A stretch of 64,000 nt of DNA from Octopus sinensis (lineage: Eukaryota), in the NCBI RefSeq assembly GCF_006345805.1, contig NC_043000.1:20026001-20090000 (forward strand). The letters run 5' to 3'. Positions 26,078 to 39,251 of this stretch are shown here, piece by piece. Both the position numbers and the translations under genes were made by a program. Within the stretch, counting starts at the first letter, position 1, and the number at the start of each line of letters is the position of its first letter. Below the pieces are notes generated by a model. The model was not told the DNA's origin and did no database searches. It worked only from the letters and a program-made list of their open reading frames with translations.

Positions 26078-26467
26078 TCTCCCTATATATAAAGCTGAAG
26101 TTGTCTGTGTATGGCAGGTTTGGTAGCCTTCAACTAACACTATCTCCTCCGAGACCCTGCGGCGCAAGTTGACCAAAATTGAGAGTATGATAGAAGAAGG
26201 CTTGCTCTTCCTTCCGTAGAAGAAAAAATTCAAATCGGACTATGGTAACACCAAAAATTATTTACATCAAAAAGGTGCTTTTTTTCTATGAAAATCCCTA
26301 TTTTTTATGATTTTTTGACTGCTGTGTCGTCATTTTTCGGTGTATTTCAACCAGAAAAATGTTCACTTAAAGAGAATAACAAGCTATAATGAAAACATTT
26401 TACTTTTCAAAAATTCCAATTCTAAAGGGTCGAAACAAACCCGAGCAACGCCGGGCTATACTGTTAG
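26078..26467 (+). mobile_element. Non-autonomous Helitron-like element
   Basis: Starts A|TC..tatatataaa; subterminal hairpin cccgagcaacgccggg; ends TTAG|T (consensus CTAG|T); no TSD. Confidence 0.65.
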
Positions 26468-26790
26468 TCATAAAAATTTATAAACTTCAAATGAATCGTT
26501 CCAAAATTGTCTTTAGGTTTAAAACTTCTTATGACATCAACAATATACAACCCTCTCAGGTAAAAATAAAGTTTCTAAAATACTTAAATTAATTCGAAGG
26601 GTTTCTTTGGTACAATTGTAGAACATCTGTCATATTTACAGGAAGCATCCCTCGTCCCTTTGTGTCTAAGGGGAGATTTTACACGCTATTATTCATAGCT
26701 AACTTGCTACAAGACCCAACGTTCCAAAAATATTATTTTTGTATAATAATTGTGTATGAACATATTTTGTCTTGTACGTTTCTCTCTTTC

Positions 26791-27017
26791 TCTCTTTTAC
26801 TTGTTTCAGTCATTTATTTGACTGCGGCCATGCTGGAGCACTGCCTTTAGTAGAGCAAATCGACCCAGGACTTATTCTTTGTAAGCCTAGTACTTAATCT
26901 ATCGGTGTCTTTTGCCGAACCGCTAAGTTACGGGGACGTAAACACACCAGCATCAGTTGTCAAGCGATGTTGGCGGGGGGGGGGGGCAAACACAGACACA
27001 CAAACACACACACAAAT

Positions 27018-27069
<52 letters not shown>

Positions 27070-27220
27070 TTACGACGGGCTTCTTTCAGTTTCCGTCTAC
27101 CAAATCCACTCACAAGGCTTTGGTCGACCCGAGGCTATAGTAGAAGACACTTGCCCAAGGTGCCACGCAGTGGGACTGAACCCGGAACCATGTGGTTCGT
27201 AAGCAAGCTACTTAACACAC
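26791..27220 (-). mobile_element. SINE S2, head slightly truncated
   Basis: Matches 22735-23211. Confidence 0.85.
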
Positions 27221-28573
27221 ATATATATATTTTCTGCAAATAAATTGCACAAAAAAGCTACACGTTTGCATTATCTTATATATACAATAATAATAAAGGA
27301 CGTTACTGTATACATTTTTACAAACTAAGGACGTTATATAGACGTCTTTGACTCAAGTTAGAGAAAGGGTGCGTATTATACACAAGGTTTAGGATTTTCA
27401 GGGGTACAGCCCCCTAAAAATCCCCTGCATATTATGCTCAAGGGAGGACTATACTCGAGGATTTACAATACTCTCCTCTTTAAAAGTTGCTTGCCTTGTG
27501 TCTAAACAATAAATACCTTTTTCTCATAAGACGTGTTCACGTAGAACTTTCGTTTGGATTCACAATATGTTGATTTATTGGACGTTGACAGCTGAGTGTT
27601 TAGTTTTGTGTTGTCTTGTAGTTCTGTTACATGCAAAGGTGAGAAATTTATTTCTGTTCTTTTTCAGTGCTTAGAAATTTATTTTTTACAAAATAAATCA
27701 TTTTTGAATACATTTCTTTATTTCGTCTGCATTCGCTTTAAATAGCCACGAGATACGCAGACAACAATCAGGCAAAGAAAATTTTTGAAATTGAAAACAG
27801 CTACACAAAATAAAGAAAATAAATGAAAATAAATGGAAATTAACATTTTAGAGCAAGACACACAAACTTTGAGAAGAACAAATAATGACATTTCTATGGA
27901 AAATGTCAGTAGTGGGAACAATGCTAGCGACACATATAGTAACAGCAAAAACAACAGCAGCAACAACAATATTACAGACACATATTTTACTAAAAGAAAA
28001 TTTTGTAAATGGTGTTCAAAGTGGGAGAAGCAGTTTCGCTTATATTATTAGTGACAGGTTGGTTACGGACGTGGAAAGAAACCAGTCAGAGAAGGAGGCG
28101 TGGCAGAAGTGCATTACAAAGGAAGGTGTTGAATTTCCTGAAGAATTTATTTAAGAAAGGGCAAAGGGGAAAAAATTGACATGCATCTGCTTCTTCTGCT
28201 TCTCGAAAGGTGGAAGATGTGAGAATGTGGTTGCCATCAATGAAGCCGAAAACATTGAAGTGAGTGCCCGCTCGCTTTTTAAGGCTAAAGGCGAGATAAA
28301 TTGTCAGATCGATTTTGAGCAATACTCAACTGACCATAGATAAGACAAAACACGTAATAATTTGTGGCTGTATGATGGTGGGTGGAGTAACAGGAGGATA
28401 CTAGCAAAATAGAATTTTGATGAAAAAAAAAAAGATGCGTTAATGCCTATAAATGACTAAAGTATTATTCACGAAAGGATGCAATACAATGAGTGGCAGG
28501 TGGTCAGACTCGAAGTGATTAAGTCCCAACCTATCTTGCTGAACTATCGCCCCTTTGACGATGGATAACCGTA

Positions 28574-28889
28574 TTTACTCTTTTACTTGTTTCAGTCATT
28601 TGACTGGGGCCATGCTGGAGCACCGCCTGTTGTCGAGCAAATCGAACCCTGGACTTATTCTTTGTAAGCCTAGTACGTATTCTATCGGTCTCTTCTCGCC
28701 GAACCGCTAAGTGACGGGGACGCAAACACACCAGCATCGGTTGTCAAGCGATGTTGGAGGGACAAACACGGACACACACACACACACACATATATATACG
28801 ACGGTCTTCTTTCAGTTTCCTTCTACCAAATCCACTCACAAGGCTTTGATTGGTAAGCAAGCTACTTACCACATAGTCACTACTGCGCC
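28574..28889 (-). mobile_element. SINE S2 with internal deletion
   Basis: Tail, microsatellite and head present; about 90 bp of the body missing. Confidence 0.8.
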
Positions 28890-29040
28890 TATATTTGAAT
28901 GGTTTTAAAATTCCTGCCCCATATTTGTTTGAATATTTTTAAATTATATTTCCTAATTAATTTTGCTTTTGTACAATTATCTATTTTATGTAGTATTCCA
29001 TGTATTTAAAATTTGCAGGATTCAAACATTTTAGCATATA

Positions 29041-29207
29041 GGCGCACGCAGGCGTGGCTTTGTGGTAAGAAGTTTCCTTCCCAACGTCATGGTTCCAGGT
29101 TCAGTCCTACGGCGTACCACATTGGGAAAATAATATCTTTTACTGTAACCTTGAGTAGACCAAAGATTTGTGAATGGATTTGGTAGACGCAAAGAGAAAG
29201 AAGCCCG

Positions 29208-29210
<3 letters not shown>
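29041..29210 (+). mobile_element. SINE S2, 5' half (degenerate)
   Basis: Head gcaggcgtggctttgtggtaag..ccaggttcagtcc through aagaagcccg, then (TA)n. Confidence 0.65.
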
Positions 29211-29254
<44 letters not shown>

Positions 29255-29532
29255 TATATATAGATATATGATATGATGATAGGTTTTGGTATCCAGAAGA
29301 CCCAAAAGGTATGTAAGTGCTATGGAAGGACCGCCGTTGAACTCCTATCGGAATTTACATACCAGGGACAAGAAGCCTCTTTACCAATTCTACACAGGAT
29401 ATTCCTTGAATAATGGAACTACAAAGGTAACATCCAACGTATATTTTTATTCTCATGCTTCCTACATCTACCCCTTTCCAAAATAACTTCTTATATTGAA
29501 CTCTACTACTTCCTCCTACTTAACTCTATCAT

Positions 29533-29586
29533 ATTGTTTCTGATGATGGGATATCTTTTATATCCCTGAAACGGCCGTAAGACTAT
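29533..29586 (+). ncRNA. Type I hammerhead ribozyme motif (dimer-type stem III)
   Basis: CTGATGA 29540-46; stem II GGGATAT/ATATCCC (7 bp, with a U.U pair next to the core); GAAA 29568-71; palindromic ACGGCCGT; GTA cleavage triplet; stem I TGTTT/AGACT partial. Confidence 0.6.
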
Positions 29587-29945
29587 CTTTCTTTTTATAG
29601 ATGTCGTACAAATCTCACACTGCCATGGTTTGTTGTCTCATTTTGTTTAACACACACACACACACACACATATTATATATATATGTGTGTGTGTGTGTAT
29701 CTGTGGAGGTGTCTGGCTTTAACCATACTCTGTAAATATGTATTATATAACTAATGTAAGCAATTTGTGTTAAAAGGGAGGTAATTATCATTGGCCTCGG
29801 ACTAATGTGTTGTGATGTCCAGTCTCCTCTCCACCACCTCCAGTTCCTTAATTTAAGCACTGCTATCAAGACTACAAATACCACAAACGTGGTAAAGGAT
29901 AGGCCGAGACTGGGCGCCTGGCACTTGGAATGTTGTCATGCAATA

Positions 29946-30176
29946 TATTTCCTTACTACCCACAAGGGGCTAAACACAGAGGGGACAAACAAGGACAGAC
30001 AAAGGGATTAAGTCGATTACATCGACCCCAGAGCGTAACTGGTACTTAATTTATCGACCCCGAAAGGATGAAAGGCAAAGTGGACCTCGGCGGAATTTGA
30101 ACTCGGAACGTAACGACAGACGAAATACGGCTACGAATTTCGCCCGGCGTGCTAACGATTCTGCCAGCTCGCCGCC
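29946..30176 (-). mobile_element. SINE S3, full-length monomer
   Basis: Matches 24901-25135; 7-bp TSD tgcaata. Confidence 0.88.
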
Positions 30177-30789
30177 TGCAATAGTTGTGGATGTTCCCCA
30201 TTAGCTATATACAGAGGATTAGTTGCGTGGAGTTGCGACAATGTACTCGGGGAGACCCTAGGCGTCGAGGAAGACGAACTGGCAAGTCTGTTCCGGAAGA
30301 CTTCCCGGTCGAGGGCTATTATGGATAATTTCCAGATGTCTTTAGCCTGGAACATGCATTACAACCCTATGTGTGCAACATGGTGATTTCATATCAAGAT
30401 AAACGGCGCATGACCTTGCAGGTGGGCCACAGTTAGAATTTTCTTCTGGTCGAGTAGCTCATTCCGCTCAAAAGGTCCCTGAATAAGGATTGTTTAAGGA
30501 TGTTGAACCGAACACCCATGTTTCCAAAGGTGAATTATCCAAACCTCAAAGAATTCCTTTCAACATGCGGCTATGATGCTCCTCCACTACTTCTGCTCGT
30601 GATCAGAGATGCACATATCATCAGCCACTAAGGGACATGCTCAACTGGTTAAGGTCAAACAACTGACAAGCAAATCTGTGGTATTGAGCAGAATATTTAC
30701 TGTAGTCCATCTTTTATACCAAGACAAAACAATGTACATGATAACACTTCCAAACAGTTAAGATCAGAAGCCATGAGACCCACTGAGAG

Positions 30790-30838
30790 TCATTATTGTT
30801 ATTATTATTATTATTATTATTGTTGTTGTTGTTGTTAT

Positions 30839-30878
<40 letters not shown>

Positions 30879-30898
30879 CATCATCATCATCATCATCA

Positions 30899-30930
<32 letters not shown>

Positions 30931-30967
30931 GTTATTATTTTATTTTTTATTGTTGTTGTTATTATTA

Positions 30968-31014
<47 letters not shown>

Positions 31015-31190
31015 GTTATCATCATCATCATCATCATCATCATTATTATTATTATTATTATTATTATAATCATCATCATCATCATCATCATCATTATCCT
31101 CATCATCACCACCACCACCACCCCCACCACCACTACCAACACCACCAACACCACCAACACCACCAACACCACCAACACCAAAATTATTAT
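30790..31190. repeat. (TTA/TTG/CAT/CAC)n compound microsatellite
   Basis: Direct reading. Confidence 0.95.
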
Positions 31191-31469
31191 TGCTGTTGTT
31201 ATTTCGGTCGAACTTAACACTAGTGGGTCACACACCGTATTAAACAATTACAATTACATCGCCCTATATTTACAATAAGCAGGTCAAAGTGTGTATTAAG
31301 TGTAAAGAAGGCAGACATATTTGTAAGAACTTGGCGGGTTGTTATTGTTGTTACTGTTGCTTTAGCAATTGGAGTTCTTTAACCACTTGTCGACCCTGTA
31401 CCAGCAGAGATATGAATCGAGGTTGAGATTAGTGTGAGGTTTTTGGTGGTTCTTTGTCGTAGCTGTTGC

Positions 31470-31568
31470 TATTCATCTTCCTTTTCTTCTTCTTCTTCTC
31501 TTCTTCTTCTCTTCTTCTTCTTCTTTTTTCTCTCTTCTTCTTCTTCTTATTATTTATTATTATTATTA

Positions 31569-31608
<40 letters not shown>

Positions 31609-31685
31609 GTTTGACTTTTGCTTTATATTTGTACAAGTTGGCTCCAAGTCTCACCCAGAGACCTCAAGAGACAACAGGGTTGGAA

Positions 31686-31729
<44 letters not shown>

Positions 31730-31740
31730 CATCATCATCC

Positions 31741-31787
<47 letters not shown>

Positions 31788-31920
31788 GTCATCATAATCA
31801 TAATCATCCTTATCATCATCATCATGATCATCATCATCATTGTCGTCGTCGTCGTTGTTGTTGTTATTATTATTATTATTGTTGTTGTTGTTGTTGTTAT
31901 TATTATTATTATTATTATTA

Positions 31921-31958
<38 letters not shown>
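31470..31958. repeat. (TTC/TTA/CAT/TTG)n compound microsatellite
   Basis: Direct reading. Confidence 0.95.
31607..31686 (-). mobile_element. Extreme 3' end of the R4/Dong-like LINE
   Basis: Closely matches 10404-10480 and is flanked by (TTA)n on both sides. Confidence 0.8.
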
Positions 31959-31959
<1 letters not shown>

Positions 31960-32165
31960 AAGGCAGCGAGTACGCAGAACCGCTCCAGGCGAAATAGCAG
32001 CATTTAGCCCGTCGCTACTTTCTCAGTTCAAATTCCACCGAAGTTGGCTTTGCCTTTTATCCTCTCGAGGTCGATAAAAGAACTATCAGTTGAATACTGG
32101 GGATCGATGTAATCGACTTATCCCCTCCCCCGAAATTGCTGGCCTTGTGCCGAAATTTGAAACCA
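31958..32165 (+). mobile_element. SINE S3 variant (degenerate)
   Basis: aaggcagcgag..gttcaaattccacc..ctttgccttttatcc, with a tail gccgaaatttgaaacc(att)n. Confidence 0.65.
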
Positions 32166-32470
32166 TTATTATTGTTATTACTAAGAAGGCAATGAGCTCG
32201 GAGAATCGTTACCGCTCCGGTACTGGGCTGAAACTTCGCCGAGGTTGACTTTGCCTTTCATCCTTTCGGGGTCGATAAAATAAATGCCAGTTGAATACTA
32301 GGGTCGGTTTAATCCACTTCATCACCATCACCACCGCCAATAACAACAAAAAATAACAACAGCAAAGCAGCAGCGCAATCACCGCTACCACCATAACCAC
32401 CATCACCACCAGCACCATAACCACCATCGCCTCCACCATATACATATGGCTTAGTGGTTTGGGTATTCCC

Positions 32471-32782
32471 GTGGCTTAGTGGTTAGGGCATTCGGCTCAC
32501 GATCGTAAGGTCGTGAGTTCAATTCCCGGCAACGCGTTGTGTCCTTGAGCAAGACACTTTATTTTATGTTGCACCAGTCCACTCAGTTGGCAAAAATGGG
32601 TAGTACCTGTATTTCAAAGGGCCGACCTTGTCACACACTGTATCATGCTGAATCGCCCTGAGAACTACGTTAAGTGTACATGTGTCTGTGGAGTGCTCAG
32701 CCACTTGCACGTTAATTTCACGAGCAAGCTGTTCTGTTGATCGCATCAGCTGGGACCCTCGTCGTAACCGACGGAGTGTTCC
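32471..32782 (+). mobile_element. SINE with a different tRNA head but the S1 3' tail
   Basis: Head tggcttagtgg..gagttcaattccc and gtgtccttgagcaagacac body; from gtacctgtatttcaaagggcc onward it is homologous to the S1 tail. Confidence 0.8.
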
Positions 32783-33220
32783 TTTATATATCTGTAATGC
32801 ATATATGATCACTAAACGCGACCAATGGTGTCGAGACACAAACTCAAGTCGGTGTTACAGAAGAATGCAGCCCCTGTGAACATATGTATACCTTCTATGT
32901 GCTTTTCCTACAGCATTAGAGCACGTTAGCTCTCATTTCTAGCAATGCATGTGTCTTAACACTCTTTGTCGCGATTAGTGACAATTACATTTTCCCTTTA
33001 TGATATCGCATTGCGCATGGCTGTATATATTAACTTTTATATGTGTGACATATATTATATATATGATATATTTATATTTGATATAAATATACAGGGTCTT
33101 CAAAACGTCTCTCAGCAGTGAATTTTTTCATCCTGCGCATGCGTAATTTGGCTAATATATTCTTTTGCACTCTTATACCATCTTATAAATATTTCTTTTG
33201 CAATAATATACTTATATATA

Positions 33221-33430
33221 TACTAGCAGCTAAGCGGTTTCACCCGGTCTGTTTGGATGATGTGTCTGTGATCGTCTTCGGTTAGGCATAATCTATAACA
33301 GTGTTTCTCAACTTTATCATTTCAGGTCCCCTGTTTCGATTGGAGCCTCAAGCTGTATGAAAATTTCCTGACCCCACCCCTGTCAGAAAACAGCTTCAGG
33401 AGTTGTGAAGAACGAATTTATACGTAGACT
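33221..33430 (-). mobile_element. Probable Helitron-like 3' end
   Basis: Minus strand ends ccgggtgaaaccgc..gCTAG|T; inner boundary uncertain. Confidence 0.4.
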
Positions 33431-33747
33431 GTTTCTGAGAGCTATTCTATTGGACCTCTGTCTAATCATTAAAACATTGGGCGATCTTTCCATATGAGAA
33501 CACACGACTGTCCCTTACAAGCCATTCATAAACCAGATGTGTTTATTTAGATTTTTGAAGATGATCGTCGGTTTCCATAAAAAAAATTAATTTTGGGGTG
33601 GAAAGGGGATCTTTTGAAGTCGGCATGAAAACGAAAAAGACAGAGACGCGACTGTATGAGTGAAGTTCTTTTGAAGTTGGCTTGAAGCAGAAGAATTGAT
33701 GTACGTTCGTGCGTGTGTGTGTGAGAGAGAGAGAGATAAGGAGTGTT

Positions 33748-33785
<38 letters not shown>

Positions 33786-34609
33786 GATGGGATGTGCGAG
33801 ACAGAATGTGTGGTGTGTATGTGAATTGCTTTTGTTAGTGTGTGTGAAGAAACAGAGAGAGTAATGTTGCTGGTGTGTATGTGAGAGGGAGAAAGAGAGT
33901 GAGAGATAACTGAAATTTTGTTATTCACTTTTTGTAGTGAGTGAATGTGTGAGTGATTGGCAGAGAAAAATCGAGAGGGAGAGAGTTTATGCATGTATGT
34001 ATGTATGTATGGCTTCAGTGACAAACACACACACACACGCACACAGGTTATGTATGTATGTACACATAGATGTATGTATCCATGTATGGCCAAAAGGGAG
34101 AGAGAGTTAACTGAAATTTTGTTATTCACTTTTTGTAGTGAGTGAATGTGTGAGTGACTGACAGAGAAAAGGAGAGAGAGGTTATGTATGTATGAATGGC
34201 TTTGGCTGACTGTCATCCTGTACTCCCCTTGTTACTAGCGAAATGCTATATGCCTACTGTGTGAGCAACTGGTTGTTTTAATGGCGGGGGAATTCCATTA
34301 GAAAAGTTTTAATCGATTTTCTCGGTAAGTATAGGAGCTATGACAAAATACAAACCGCATTCCAATCTACGCACCCGTCTCCACATGTGTGCCATTTTTC
34401 ATGCGAATCCACCCAGCCGTTTAGCTGTGAACCTCAAGACAAAAAGAATACATCGATCACCCATGTCCAATTTATATAATATAATATAATATAATATAAT
34501 ATAATATAATATATGTGTGTGTATTATCGTATATATACATATATATATGTATATGTAAGTATACATATATGTATATATGTACATATACATATATATATAC
34601 ATACATATG

Positions 34610-34645
<36 letters not shown>

Positions 34646-35207
34646 TATGTATTATATATATTATATATATATATATATATATATGGAGTAGTTTATTTAT
34701 GTATTTATATATTTATTACAATCATTAAATATTTGGGTAATACTTTTAATAAATTCCAGCTAAATGTGTGTAGGATGGTTGGAAAATTATAAATAACAAT
34801 ACAATAGATGTTATAAAAATGGGAAATTGTGTGAAATGGTGAGAAATCTGTGTTGATTTTGCGTAACATATTGTCTGGCATTCATTATTGCTCTTGGATG
34901 TGTAGGCACGGGTGTCATGCGCGCTCGCGTGTGTGTGTATGCAGTGTGTGTGTGTGTGTGTGTGTATGCGTGTGAGTGTATTCTGTGGGCATAATTATGG
35001 GCATATGTTTGCGCATGTGTGCGTGTATGGAATTCACAGCCAACTATACGCACAAACATGCACATATGTATGTTTCTATATCATACGGACACACACACGT
35101 GCATACACACGCAAACGCACACATATATGTATATGTATGTTGTATGTATGTATGTATGTATGTATCATCTATGTATTATGTATATATCAATCTATCTATA
35201 TATTATA

Positions 35208-35250
<43 letters not shown>

Positions 35251-35344
35251 ATATAATATCGGTAAAAGCTAATCATTACTAATTGTGTTTTCAAGAAATG
35301 AGTTATAAGGTCTTAATGCTGTTAAATGCGCGTAATGATTATAG

Positions 35345-35525
<181 letters not shown>

Positions 35526-35618
35526 GAGGGGAGCATTCACACACAAAAAACAAAAGACGAAGATAAGTGGTGTAGACAAAAAACAAATGTATTAGTTTAA
35601 CGCTCCGGAAGTGATAAA

Positions 35619-35657
35619 GTTTTTAACGTTTCGAGCCTACGCTCTTCCACAGAAAGG
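35619..35657 (-). ncRNA. Degenerate minimal hammerhead motif
   Basis: CTGTGGA (A6 changed to T), extra A, GAGC-GTAG-GCTC, GAAA, palindromic ACGT. Confidence 0.4.
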
Positions 35658-35950
35658 AACACAGAAAGCAACAAGGAGAGAAAATAAAGAATGTGTTGTA
35701 GCTAGCGATCTATCATGGCGAATGCCGGACAGAAGGATCACACAAGAGAGCTTGGAAGAAGGGGGAGATAATAAAGTAGTGGTGATCCCAAAACGAAGGT
35801 GCGCGTGTGTTTGTATAAGAGAGTATATATATGTTCGTGTGGAAGAGGGTTGATGACCTTGACGTGTGCGTGTGTATATGTGTATGTGTAGGTGTGAAGA
35901 TGTGGAGCTAGGAAGTGGTCAGTGCTAGTGTGTGCGTGGTGGTGTGAATG

Positions 35951-35982
<32 letters not shown>

Positions 35983-36142
35983 TACACACCCTGACATGAA
36001 TACGCACACTGACAGGGGAGATAACCACCCAATGAGCATCTCTAGGATCTCTAGACTAGACTAGTTTCGCCTATCAATCGTAGGCTCGTCACTATTGACT
36101 GCGCAAATCCTCGATGGTTTGGCTAAATCCGACTGTTAGTCT

Positions 36143-36535
36143 ACTCTTTTACTCTGTTACTTGTTTCAGTCATTTGACTGCTGCCATGCTGGAGCACCGC
36201 CTTTTAGTCGAGCAATTCGACCCCGGGACTTATTCTTTGTAAGCCTAGTACTTATTCTATCGTTCTCTTTTGCCGAACCGCTAAGTTACGGGGACGCAAA
36301 CGCACCAGCATCGGTTGTCAAGCGATGTTGGGGGACAAACACAGACACACAAACATATACAAACACGTACATATATACATATATATATACATATATACAA
36401 CGGGCTTCTTTCAGTTTACGTCTACCAAATCCTCTCACAAGGCTTTGGTCAGCCCGAGGCTATAGTAGAAGACACTTTCCACAAGTGCTACGCCATGTGA
36501 TTGCTAAACTAGCTACTTACCACAGAGCTACTCCT
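36143..36535 (-). mobile_element. SINE S2
   Basis: Matches the family; head partly deleted. Confidence 0.8.
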
Positions 36536-36721
36536 TTTTTTATTTTGCTCTGAGAAGTGCGCAGTATATATACACTGATTTAATTAGTCGCGATTAAATT
36601 TTCCTTTATGATATTTTATTGCGCATAGCTGTTTATATTAATTTATATATAATATATATATATATAATATATATATCTATATATATATATATAATAAATA
36701 TATATATATATATAATATATA

Positions 36722-36759
<38 letters not shown>

Positions 36760-37203
36760 GAGCCGGCCTTAACCTGATTGGACCGATTGCTGCCATCGGA
36801 CCCCGCGCGGGAGGAAGCCTATTCTCAAGGGGTCACATTCTATACATTTCATAAAGTTGGTCTCCCTGAAGTCTTTTAAAAAAAATTTACAAGTTCTTTT
36901 AGTAAAAAAGAAAAAAACTTACTTTCTACAGTTCAGCGACACAAGTTATCAAAAGATAAACGCATTCATCCAAGTCTTCTTGGGTTAGCCGCTGGTTTTG
37001 AAAGAATTTATTGTATTTTTAGTGTATAAGGGTCAACAAGTAAGTTTGTATGGGGAAACATTTTTTTTCAATAAAATGTATTCTGTATATATATATATAT
37101 ATTATATTATATATATATAATAGAGTTTTACCGCTAAGTGGTTAACTCTAGTGCTAAAAATAGGCTCCTTATTTATGAATTCACCCTCATTTAGATGATT
37201 TAT

Positions 37204-37258
<55 letters not shown>

Positions 37259-37283
37259 TATATATGTATGTATGTATGTTATA

Positions 37284-37686
37284 TACTCTTTTACTTGTGT
37301 CAGTCCTTTGACTGCGGCCATGCTGGAGCACCGCCTTTAGTCGAGCAAATCGACCCCGGGACTTATTCTTTGTAGCCCAGTACTTATTCTATCGGTCTCT
37401 TTTGCCGAACCGCTTAGTGACGACGACGTAAACACACCAGCATCGGTTGTCAAGCAATGCTAGGGGGACAAACACAGACACACATACATGCACACACACA
37501 CACATATATACATATACATATATAAGACGGGCTTCTTTCAGTTTCCGTCTACCAAATCTACTCACAAGGCTATGGTCGGTCCGAGGCTATAGTAGAAAAC
37601 ACATGCCCAAGATGCCACGCAGTGGGACTGAACACGGAACCATGTGTTTGGTAAGCAAGCTACTTACCACACAGCCACTCTGCGCC
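37284..37686 (-). mobile_element. SINE S2, full length
   Basis: Matches the family. Confidence 0.87.
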
Positions 37687-38068
37687 TATATATATATATA
37701 TATAATAATATATAATATATATATATCTATACTAGTTTGTATAATGTTATTTTTTTGGGGAAACTTCATTTCAATAAAGTGTATTTCATATGTATATATA
37801 TATAAACAAATATATATTTACGAATATATGAGCTAGAGGTTAGACAACCATCCAAGTGATAATAATTATCCAATATACTACTGGAGGTATGCCCATTTAT
37901 ATCCAAATGCTTACTGTTGCAAGGCAAAAGTACAATTAAATAAGTATAAGTGGAGATTAAACAAAAGTTTAACCAGAATTTTTAAGGCAAGGAAAAAAAG
38001 ATATTCAATTGACAAGCATTAGCTGATGGTCATCAGCTAGATTTATTTATTAATTACAATGATATGCA

Positions 38069-38099
<31 letters not shown>

Positions 38100-38439
38100 A
38101 AGTAAATGAATACAACTCTATTGTTACAGCTGTTTCTATTTTAGGGGTCCAGCATACCATACAAAAATGATACAACAATTGTTCAAAAATTGAACCTCAA
38201 AGCTTCGTCAGAGAGTCCATAATGGTAAGAATTAAACAAGTAAAAAAGTAAGAAAATAGAAAAAATGTAAAGCCCAAGGTAATATCTACAGGTTGTGAGA
38301 TCACATCGTATTTCAATTTAATGGGGAAGAGAGTAAAGACAAAGGCTATAGGGTGGGGTTAATGGGATGATCCATATAACAGGGGTCATTAGTTAGAAAC
38401 TAAAAACTATGCAATAGAATAGCAATAAAATTTAGTTAA

Positions 38440-38854
38440 GGCGCAGGAGTGGCTGTGTGGTAAGTAGCTTGTTTACCAACCACATGGTACCGGGTTCAGT
38501 CCCACTGCGTGGCACCTTGGGCAAGTGTCTTCTACTATAGCCTCGGGCCGACCAAAGACTTGTGAGTGGATTTGGTAGACGGAAACTGAAAGAAGCCCGT
38601 CGTATATATGTATATATATGTATATGTGTGTGTGCGTGTATGTTTGTGTTTGTCCCCCTAGCATTGCTTGACAACCGATGCTGGTGTGTTTATGTCCCCG
38701 TCACTTAGCGGTTCGGCAAAAGAGACCGATAGAATAAGTACTGGGCTTACAAAGAATAAGTCCCAGGGTCGAGTTGCCCGATTAAAGGCGATGCTCCAGC
38801 ATGGCCGCAGTCAAATGACTGAAACAAGTAAAAGAGTAAAAGAGTAAAAGAGTA
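38440..38854 (+). mobile_element. SINE S2, full length
   Basis: ggcgcaggagtggctgtgtgg head, internal (TA/TG)n and (gtaaaaga)n tail. Confidence 0.9.
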
Positions 38855-39143
38855 AGGTAAACAGAGTTGGGGAAATCATTACGTAATTATATCATTAAAG
38901 AAATAATTTAGGCACAACTTAAGTGTGATGTTGGTATTTACTAATAAAAGAATGCCATCATAATACCCTATGATAAGTAGAGTAGGGCTAATGAGAGGTA
39001 TTGGTATCTAGAAAACCCAAACAGTGTCAGGTAACGCTAAGTAAGTGCTATGGACAGACTGTGGTTAGACTCTTGGTTCGATAATGATACGAGTGAAGAG
39101 TCGATTGGGGTTCTGGTGTTAGCATGCATATATATATATATTT

Positions 39144-39215
39144 AACACACCAGCATCGGTTGTCAAGCAATGCTAGGGGGACAAACACAGACAAACAAAC
39201 ACACCCAACACGCAT

Positions 39216-39251
<36 letters not shown>

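Noticed and set aside
27833-28330. Short overlapping ORFs with Cys pairs
   Set aside because: Interrupted by stops, with no recognisable family
30714-32077. Poly-I/L/Y/H ORFs
   Set aside because: Trinucleotide microsatellites, which keep frames open by default
33895-34200. ~100-bp direct duplication in a GA/GT-rich tract; similar short duplications at 46224/46436 and 52225/52362
   Set aside because: Ordinary local duplications with no further structure
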